Shown here: piece by piece, positions 57,291 to 64,000 of the stretch
Layout of the letters: every line of letters begins with the position of its first letter
Position numbering within the stretch: position 1 is the stretch's first letter
Source: a virus
Reading direction: 5' to 3' (one strand)
Length of the DNA: 64,000 bases
IMG/VR virus record: IMGVR_UViG_3300021185_001145
Span: 1-64,000 of that record
Notes under the pieces: model-generated
Seen by the model: only the letters and a program-made list of their open reading frames with translations
Database searches by the model: none
Told to the model about the DNA's origin: nothing
Made by a program: the position numbers and the translations under genes

Positions 57291-58067
57291 TTAACTCGTT
57301 TTTTTCAAAATAGAAGTCATTTCTGTTACGATGCTTGGTACGAATTCGGGTTTAATTAAACGAACTGCTCTTTTACTTAAATTCAACTCTTGCTCATAAA
57401 CAAGATTAGAGACTTCTCTTCTTTCATCTACAGGAACATCTGTGAACTGAGCATAATCTAATTTGTCGCCCGTAGTAGTATTTTCGTAATGATGAATTGC
57501 TCTTTCTGTTGAGGTTCTATATTGACCAAACTGCAAATTGCCTGTTAGTGTCTCATTATCTCTAATGATTATAGTTTCAGCCTGTCCACCTTTTTCAAAC
57601 TTCCCTTTAGTTTCTTCTATGATAATTCTACCCACAGAAGGATTCCATTCTACAACAACACCCTCTGAGGTATCATTAAATATCTTAGAGCCTGTTGCAA
57701 TATCACCACTGAACGAGTTTGTGTTCATAGTTATGCCTGGGTATTTTGCTTTCATAAAATTAACGAATGTGTTATAGTTCATACCAAACCCAAATCGACC
57801 ATCTTCTTGTAGATTTGTCATTAACACAATCCAGTGAAGACTAATATCGTCATAGTATTTGTGGGCAATCATTTCGGGTGTATCGCCATCTTGCATATCA
57901 TAAGTGTAAAACAGTCTTGCATTATCACGGACGACCTGTGCTATTTCTGCACGAACCATAATGTTTCGTACATTCTCTTCAACATCCTGTACAGTATATT
58001 TTGTTTCAGGATACTTTCTAAAAAGAAGACTTCTTTTTCTTGGTGCGAATTGATTAGTTTCAGCCAT
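57291..58067 (-). CDS. gp53: Baseplate wedge subunit (LysM-like)
   Basis: YDMQDGDTPEMIAHKYY....HWIVLMTN, IHHYE, YEQELN..KR.V.LIKP. Confidence 0.92.
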   Translation of the reverse strand: MAETNQFAPRKRSLLFRKYPETKYTVQDVEENVRNIMVRAEIAQVVRDNARLFYTYDMQDGDTPEMIAHKYYDDISLHWIVLMTNLQEDGRFGFGMNYNTFVNFMKAKYPGITMNTNSFSGDIATGSKIFNDTSEGVVVEWNPSVGRIIIEETKGKFEKGGQAETIIIRDNETLTGNLQFGQYRTSTERAIHHYENTTTGDKLDYAQFTDVPVDERREVSNLVYEQELNLSKRAVRLIKPEFVPSIVTEMTSILKKTS

Positions 58068-58072
58068 GTCGA

Positions 58073-58888
58073 TTACATTCCCGCAATTGTTTCTTTAGTA
58101 AGATACTTTGTTTCTTTGAACTGCAACGTCAAGTCAACTTCTACAGGTTCACCATCAGCATGATATGCGGCGACACCAGAACCAGAATAGTTTATACTCA
58201 TATCAACAAGAACTGCATCAACATACCCATTGTATAAATCACCACTACTTACATTGATAGAGAACTTTGAAGGTGGTGTAAAGTATGATGTTTCGCCTGC
58301 GTTTTTGAATGCTGGGTGCATATGATATTTAAACATTTGAATAGCACCTGCAAGCACAGCCATTTCTGATTTATTTTTAGGGAAGAATTTGAAATCAAAT
58401 GAGAAGTTTCTAAAACCGATACCTCTAAACATAACCTCCATATGATTGTTTACTGCTTGGTTATTTGCTTTGTTATATGCATCTTGAGTTCCTGTCAATC
58501 CTGTAAAGGATTCTGCACCAGCAAGAGCATTTTGCATTGCACTAGAACCTGCTTCTTTGAGTGCGCCACCAATAGCGGCTGTGTTTACAGTACCAGCGTC
58601 CATCAAAGGCTTTAAGATATTAGAAATCTGACTTTCTTCATAGTTCGCAGAGTATTGAGTTTGCATAGTTTGAGGCATATATAGTCGAACAGACCCTGAG
58701 GAAAATGCCATCAGATTTGTCGAAACTGGAGTGTTTGGTGCAAACGCTTGACCCATCTCATTCAAAGCAGTGAATGTGATTGAAGGTCCTTCTCCATCTG
58801 GTGGAAACTGAGCGTTACTCGTTCCAAACATACTTTTACCCAACAAAGCGAGTGGGTTTGGTATATTAAATGACAGTGATAATCCCAT
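58073..58888 (-). CDS. gp48: Baseplate tail-tube cap
   Basis: LYMP, NNHMEVMFRGIGFRNFSFDFKFFPKNKSE, LTLQFKE. Confidence 0.88.
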   Translation of the reverse strand: MGLSLSFNIPNPLALLGKSMFGTSNAQFPPDGEGPSITFTALNEMGQAFAPNTPVSTNLMAFSSGSVRLYMPQTMQTQYSANYEESQISNILKPLMDAGTVNTAAIGGALKEAGSSAMQNALAGAESFTGLTGTQDAYNKANNQAVNNHMEVMFRGIGFRNFSFDFKFFPKNKSEMAVLAGAIQMFKYHMHPAFKNAGETSYFTPPSKFSINVSSGDLYNGYVDAVLVDMSINYSGSGVAAYHADGEPVEVDLTLQFKETKYLTKETIAGM

Positions 58889-58907
58889 TGGGTTCCCTCT
58901 TTTATTT

Positions 58908-58934
58908 TATAAATACTTTACTACATTATTTATA
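58908..58934. promoter_or_regulatory. Pair of oppositely oriented late promoters at the strand switch
   Basis: TATAAATA on + at 58908-58915 (for gp4) and on - at 58927-58934 (for gp48). Confidence 0.85.
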
Positions 58935-58946
58935 AGGACTACATGA

Positions 58947-59399
58947 ATGGCATACAAAGGTAAGTACAAACCCCAAAACCCAGAGAAGTACAAAGGCGAC
59001 CCTACTAAGATTATATATCGTTCTTTGTGGGAACGAAAGTTTATGGTGTATTGCGATACAAATGTAAACATATTGCAGTGGGCAAGTGAAGAAGTAATCA
59101 TACCGTACCGTGACCCAACATCAGGCAAGAATAGAAGATACTTTCCCGATTTTTGGGTAAAGATGAAGACTAAAGACGATACTATTGAGTGTAGTCTAAT
59201 CGAAGTCAAACCAAAGAAACAACTTAAAGCACCTGACCAATCTAAGAAGTATAACACACCTACTGGGCGTTTGTCAACCAAATATGTGCGTGAAGTAAAG
59301 ACTTATGCCGTGAATATGGCAAAGTTTGATGCGGCAAAAGAGTTTTGTGCCGATAGAAAGTGGTCTTGGAAAATTCTTACTGAAGAACATTTAACTTAG
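58947..59399 (+). CDS. gp4: Head completion nuclease
   Basis: YKGKYKPQNPEKYKGD...YRSLWE...WASEE..IPY...RYFPDF...IEVKP. Confidence 0.95.
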   Translation: MAYKGKYKPQNPEKYKGDPTKIIYRSLWERKFMVYCDTNVNILQWASEEVIIPYRDPTSGKNRRYFPDFWVKMKTKDDTIECSLIEVKPKKQLKAPDQSKKYNTPTGRLSTKYVREVKTYAVNMAKFDAAKEFCADRKWSWKILTEEHLT

Positions 59400-59402
59400 T
59401 GT

Positions 59403-59410
59403 TATAAATA
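59403..59410 (+). promoter_or_regulatory. Late promoter for gp2
   Basis: TATAAATA. Confidence 0.8.
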
Positions 59411-59441
59411 GTCATATAGGTTTAACTGAGAGATTGTATAC

Positions 59442-60032
59442 ATGGCGGCAGTAGTATTTGACGATATTCTCTTGCAAGGTGTTAGGGCTGGACAGATACC
59501 AGCGAAGACAAGAAAAGCAAGAACTTGGTATCGTATGAAAGCAAAAGAGTTGGGTACGAAAACTACTCAAACATCATTAGTTTCTGACAGTGAGAGATTG
59601 AGAGGTCGAATACTGCCTGGGACTATGGTGTTCTACGTCTATGATGCAAAGGGTAAAAAGACACTCCCATATTACGATAGATTTCCATTGACCATTGTAG
59701 TTGAAAATACTACAGATGGTTTTTTGGGATTGAACTTACATTATCTGCCTTATCAAGCGAGAGCAAAATTGATGGATGCTTTATACACTCTTTCAAACAA
59801 TAAAAAATATGATGATACTACACGATTGAAATTGACTTATCAAACTCTAAAAGGTGCGGCGAAGTTAGCGGCATTTAAACCCTGTCTCAAAAGATATTTG
59901 AGTGGGCAAGTTAGAAGTAAATATGTTTATATCAACCCATCAGAATGGGACATTGCTTTATTTCTGCCAGTTGAAAACTTCAAGGGTGCAGGGAAAAGAA
60001 AAGTCTGGACTGATAGTGCATCAAAATATTAA
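59442..60032 (+). CDS. gp2: DNA end protector protein
   Basis: YDAKGK.TLPYYDRFPL...GLNLHYLP...KPCLKRYL...W..A.FLP. Confidence 0.95.
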   Translation: MAAVVFDDILLQGVRAGQIPAKTRKARTWYRMKAKELGTKTTQTSLVSDSERLRGRILPGTMVFYVYDAKGKKTLPYYDRFPLTIVVENTTDGFLGLNLHYLPYQARAKLMDALYTLSNNKKYDDTTRLKLTYQTLKGAAKLAAFKPCLKRYLSGQVRSKYVYINPSEWDIALFLPVENFKGAGKRKVWTDSASKY

Positions 60033-60041
60033 GGACTGAAA

Positions 60042-60683
60042 ATGGACATCTCAAGTTTCGCCGCAAAATTATCATCTAGTGGACTACAAAAGTCTTCACA
60101 TTATCAGGTAGAATTTTTTCCACCAGGTGCTGTTGGTTCTGTTCCTTACGGTAACGCTACTGCACATTGTTATGTAAAAGATGTTTCTCTTCCAGGTAGA
60201 AATATCTCTACTTCAGAAATAAAATATGGTGGACTACCCACAACGAAACAAGCATATAACTCTATTCCAAATGATTGTACAATCACATTTATGGCTGATG
60301 GTGATATGCAAATCTGGAGACATTTTCAAGCATGGCAGAGAGCAATTCACGACCCACAGACTGGCGCTGTTGGGTACCCTGATGATTATAAGGGTGTCGT
60401 AAAGATTAAAACATTTTCTGTAGATGGTACTACTACACACGAACAATCACTACAAGATGCATTCCCTGAGAATTTAAGCGATATTCAATTGACGTATGGC
60501 GCAGAAGAACTTGCAACATTTTCAGTGACATTTTCATATACAAGAATTGAAGAAGGTTCGGGTATTGGTGGAGTTGGTGGTGCTACACCAGCACTTGCCG
60601 CAATCGGTGGACTTATACAGGCGATTGCGAATCCATCTATCTCGTTTAGTGTTGGTCCGTTCAACGGAAGAATTGGTTTTTAA
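60042..60683 (+). CDS. Baseplate tail-tube initiator (gp54-like, tube fold)
   Basis: VSLPGRNIST, F.AW...I, YPDDY, DAFP, F.V.F.Y tube-family pattern; position after gp2. Confidence 0.75.
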   Translation: MDISSFAAKLSSSGLQKSSHYQVEFFPPGAVGSVPYGNATAHCYVKDVSLPGRNISTSEIKYGGLPTTKQAYNSIPNDCTITFMADGDMQIWRHFQAWQRAIHDPQTGAVGYPDDYKGVVKIKTFSVDGTTTHEQSLQDAFPENLSDIQLTYGAEELATFSVTFSYTRIEEGSGIGGVGGATPALAAIGGLIQAIANPSISFSVGPFNGRIGF

Positions 60684-60737
60684 TTTAATACATATATAAT
60701 AATGATTATATAATTTTTTATAAAATGGAGAATATAC

Positions 60738-61475
60738 ATGGCGTTACCTAAAATTGACTTGCCCCTTTACACTACAGAAATTCCGTCTACTGGAAGACAA
60801 ATTAACTTTAGACCGTTTCTAGTTAAAGAAGAAAAGATTTTATTGATGGCTTTAGAGAGTGGCAAAGAAGAAGAAATTCACGGCGCAACTCTACAGATTA
60901 TTAGAAACTGTACTGCTGGCAATGACCCAGAACTTGATGTTGAAGGCATGGCAAATTTTGATGTTGAATGGATGTTTCTTCAAATTCGCAGAAGAAGTAT
61001 TGGTGATACAAGCACGTTAAGATTTAAACATAAGAATGGTATCAATAATAAAGGTGTGCCATGTGATAATACTATGAAAGTCGATGTTGACTTGAGTGAA
61101 GTTGAAGTGCATGGTGACATTAAACCACCAATTATTCATCTGACTGAAACTGTAGGTATGAAGATGAGATACCCGACTGTGCTTGAAGCGATGAGTATTG
61201 CAAAGGATGCGAGTGGTGGTGTCGATAAGATTTTGAAAGTTGTTGCGTCTTGTATTGAAATAATCTTTGATGGTGACGAAATGTTCCCTGCAAAGAACAG
61301 TACAGAACAAGAGATTAATGAATTTCTGGAAGGTTTGAATACAGAACAGTTTCAGAAGGTGAACGCATTCTTTGATAATATGCCTAGATTGCATAAGAAG
61401 ATACGTCATCAATGTAAAAAGTGTGATGAGATGATTGAACATAATGTGGAGGGTTTGTCGAGTTTTTTCGTATAA
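60738..61475 (+). CDS. gp26: Baseplate hub assembly protein
   Basis: MALPKI..P.Y...IPSTG..I.FRPFLVKEEKILLMA...FFDNMP.L...C..C...EGLSSFF. Confidence 0.93.
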   Translation: MALPKIDLPLYTTEIPSTGRQINFRPFLVKEEKILLMALESGKEEEIHGATLQIIRNCTAGNDPELDVEGMANFDVEWMFLQIRRRSIGDTSTLRFKHKNGINNKGVPCDNTMKVDVDLSEVEVHGDIKPPIIHLTETVGMKMRYPTVLEAMSIAKDASGGVDKILKVVASCIEIIFDGDEMFPAKNSTEQEINEFLEGLNTEQFQKVNAFFDNMPRLHKKIRHQCKKCDEMIEHNVEGLSSFFV

Positions 61476-61666
61476 TGCTGGACCATAATAAGTTGAAAAA
61501 CTTATATGAAACAAATTTCGCTATGGTTCAGCATCACAAATACTCACTCACAGAAATCGAGAATATGATGCCGTGGGAGAGAGAAGTGTATGTTGGTATG
61601 TTAATTAATCATGTTCAGGAGCAAAACGAAAAAATTAAAGAACGAACTGCAAAAAGAAAAAGTTAA
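61475..61666 (+). CDS. gp51: Baseplate hub assembly catalyst
   Basis: YETNFAMVQHHKYSLTEIENMMPWEREVY. Confidence 0.9.
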   Translation: MLDHNKLKNLYETNFAMVQHHKYSLTEIENMMPWEREVYVGMLINHVQEQNEKIKERTAKRKS

Positions 61667-61688
61667 TGTCTATAAAAGAGAGCAATAA

Positions 61689-64000
61689 ATGGCAACGTTA
61701 AAAGACACAATTGATTCCATGAAGGATTCAAATTTTCAGAAATTTGCTTCTGACCAAGAGAAGCGAACCCGTGAAATTATGAATTCTATCGACCAGTATC
61801 AGAAAAATGTGTCTGGCGAAAGTAAAGCATATGCGGATGCTATTGCTGGCGCTGTTCAAAAATCTCAAGACCTGAGTGCATCACAACTTAAAGATGGTGT
61901 AAGAGGTCTAAAAGATATCGAAAATGTAATTAAAGCACAAACAGATATCTCAAAAGCAGACAGAGCAAATCTACTCAAAGCCACTGATATTGCGAAGATG
62001 CAGATGGAAGCAAAATCGCAAAGTGGCATTCTATCAAAAATGAAAGAAACAATTTCAAACAACGCAATTGATATCTCATCTGTTGCGGCAGGTCTGAGTG
62101 GGAACAGTCCTGCGATTATGTTTGCGACAAAGTATGTGTTAGACAAACGTAAGCAGTTAAAAGAAGAAAAAGCGGCACGCAAAAAAGCGATGGCTGAAGA
62201 ATCCTTAGAAAGACTTGAAAGTATTCAAGCCGCAAAGCAAAGCAATTCTAACGCAAAAGAAGAAGCAAAAATTTTAAAAGCAACTGGTGGTGGCGCTGTT
62301 TCAGGCGGACCAGCATCAGGTTCTAGTTCAGAACTTATTGTGTGGAATGAAATACAAGCAGAAGAACTAGAAAAAATTCGTATCGGAATCAATGCATTTC
62401 TCAATAATGAAATGATAGGAAGTCGAAATGAAGAAGAGAATAGAAGAGAAGGTAATCGCCAAACTGAAAAACTGATAGATGCTGTAGAAGGTATCGGAGT
62501 TGGTGGCGCTGTCGCAGGCGCAGGTGGTGAAGGTGGCAAAAGCGGTATTATGTCGATGCTCAGTGGTGCGCTTTCAACTATGGCTGGTGTACTGGGTGCT
62601 GGTGGTCTAAAGGGTTTATTTGGTAAACTCACAGGTCTGTTCGCAAAAGCAGGACCATTAGCGTCAACGATTGGTAGACTTGCAACTGCCGCGGCACCTA
62701 TTGCATCTGTTGCTGTTGGTGGCGCAATGATTGCTAAAGATGTTTATGACATGGCATCAGCCGCACTTGATAATGATATTACTACTGAGATTGAAGGTAA
62801 AGATATGGGTGGCGTCATCGGTGGCGCATTGCTCGGAACAGTCGGTATGTTTGTCGCTGGTCCTCTTGGTGCAGGTCTTGGTATGGCACTTGGTAATATG
62901 GTCGGTGGCTTTGTCGGAGATATTGTAGCACCAAACTACAATGAAGTATTATCAGAATCCCAAACAAAAATACAAGCATCAAAAGATGCGCTTTCTGCAT
63001 CATTAACAACTATCACAGACTTGTATAACAGTGGTGCTATAACAGAAGCAGAATATAACGAACAAAAAGCAGTCATTGAATCCCAACAAGCAATGAACGC
63101 TAAACATGAGCAAATGGCGGCTGATACTGCCGCACTACAAACAACAATGATGGCGAAGGGTCAAGCATATAATGACTTGAATGCATCTATTCAAGCGATG
63201 GAAGACCAAGGTCTTGTTGTCAGTCAGTCAATGTATGACACACTTGATGCACTTGAAACAGAATATGATACTGCTAAAGATGCATTTGACACAGCCTCCG
63301 CAGAACTTTCATCAACTGTAGACCCATCTTGGTATGACAATATTAAAACAGGATTGTTTGATTCCTGGAATATGCTAAGTGGTGCCGCCGCATCTGGTTT
63401 TGAAACAATGAAGTCTGGGTTTGAAAGTGCAAGAGGTTGGTTTGCTGAAAAGATTACTGCGCTTGATGAAGCATTTGGTATTTCAGAAGGTGTTCAAAAC
63501 GCAGTTGCGTATGTAGAAGAAAAAGCCGCCGCGCTTGCAACTACTGTCGGTGTCGCAGTTGCAGAGACAGCCGCCGCAGTAGATGAAGCAGTTGAAGACA
63601 GTCTTGCACAGTTGAACCTTGATGATGAATATCGTGCATTGAAAACTGGTACTGCCGCCGCTGTTGCAGGTGCTAAAGAAGCAATAGGCGAAGCCGCAGA
63701 ATATGCAGAAGAAATGGCACAAGAACTTGTTGACGGTGTTGACCTCAGTGATGGTGTTCAGTTAGAAGACGTTGGTGCGCTTGCAGGAAATCTTGCCGAA
63801 GTTGGTGCAGAAGTTGCTGGCGATGCCGCTGAAGCAATAAGCGATGCAACAAATGCCGCTATTGACGCAGTTGGTCTTAGAGATGAAGTTGAAGCAGTAC
63901 AAGAACTTGCAAGTGATGCTGTTGATGGTGCTGTTGCTCTTGTTGAAAAAGGCAAAGAAGAAGTTTCTGAAGCAGTTGCCGCTGGTGTCGCCGCAATGGG
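61689..64000 (+). CDS. Tape-measure-like protein (gp29 position); truncated at the window end
   Basis: Not in the ORF track; open frame from ATG 61689 (MATLKDTIDSMKDSNFQKF...); Ala/Gly-rich helical sequence with hydrophobic GGVIGGALLG...GPLGAGLG segments; follows gp26-gp51. Confidence 0.75.
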   Translation, partial: MATLKDTIDSMKDSNFQKFASDQEKRTREIMNSIDQYQKNVSGESKAYADAIAGAVQKSQDLSASQLKDGVRGLKDIENVIKAQTDISKADRANLLKATDIAKMQMEAKSQSGILSKMKETISNNAIDISSVAAGLSGNSPAIMFATKYVLDKRKQLKEEKAARKKAMAEESLERLESIQAAKQSNSNAKEEAKILKATGGGAVSGGPASGSSSELIVWNEIQAEELEKIRIGINAFLNNEMIGSRNEEENRREGNRQTEKLIDAVEGIGVGGAVAGAGGEGGKSGIMSMLSGALSTMAGVLGAGGLKGLFGKLTGLFAKAGPLASTIGRLATAAAPIASVAVGGAMIAKDVYDMASAALDNDITTEIEGKDMGGVIGGALLGTVGMFVAGPLGAGLGMALGNMVGGFVGDIVAPNYNEVLSESQTKIQASKDALSASLTTITDLYNSGAITEAEYNEQKAVIESQQAMNAKHEQMAADTAALQTTMMAKGQAYNDLNASIQAMEDQGLVVSQSMYDTLDALETEYDTAKDAFDTASAELSSTVDPSWYDNIKTGLFDSWNMLSGAAASGFETMKSGFESARGWFAEKITALDEAFGISEGVQNAVAYVEEKAAALATTVGVAVAETAAAVDEAVEDSLAQLNLDDEYRALKTGTAAAVAGAKEAIGEAAEYAEEMAQELVDGVDLSDGVQLEDVGALAGNLAEVGAEVAGDAAEAISDATNAAIDAVGLRDEVEAVQELASDAVDGAVALVEKGKEEVSEAVAAGVAAM

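Noticed and set aside
252-63955. Numerous 60-165 aa ORFs in the track that are antisense to or out of frame with the main genes
   Set aside because: They lie fully within well-supported genes, lack SD sites and motifs, and are expected shadows of codon bias.
1-64000. Stop-codon reassignment
   Set aside because: Core genes are full length under the standard code, and TAA, TGA and TAG all terminate genes.
1-64000. Assignment as a cyanophage
   Set aside because: Gene order is similar, but no psbA, hli, talC or other cyanobacterial markers occur in this window; the host remains undetermined.

Overview
This 64 kb window is the conserved core of a large T4-like myovirus with a gene order resembling marine T4-like phages. 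No photosynthesis or other host-diagnostic genes are present, so the host cannot be assigned. Genes lie on the minus strand up to ~58.9 kb and on the plus strand after that. From left to right: a GH19 endolysin (partial), hsp20, dUTPase, regA, gp62/44/45, a dATP/dGTP-diphosphohydrolase-like gene, a MoxR-type AAA+ ('CobS') and HExxH/VWA ('CobT') pair, a three-gene DNA modification cassette, dCMP deaminase, a catalytically degenerate peptide deformylase, gp46/47/55, uvsW/uvsY, and the head, neck, tail and baseplate block (gp3, 23, 22, 21, 68/67, 20-13, two >2000-aa virion proteins, gp8, 7, 6, 25, PAAR, 5, 27-like, 53, 48, then gp4, 2, 54-like, 26, 51 and a partial tape-measure-like gene). The most notable element is the cassette at 8728-11410. 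It joins a CmoA-like carboxy-SAM synthase, a C5 cytosine DNA methyltransferase whose motif-X Asn is replaced by Arg (GRAV), and a glutaminase-less asparagine-synthetase-like ATP amide ligase. Together these point to DNA cytosine carboxymethylation followed by amidation. Other observations: two orphan antisense sigma70 promoters sharing a start motif, apparent avoidance of GATC/AGCT/GCWGC, a domain shared by the two giant virion proteins (one copy has an Arg/Trp insert), a cupredoxin-like domain on gp7, and a zeta-toxin-like kinase in the baseplate operon. All family assignments come from motifs recognised by eye, not from database searches.
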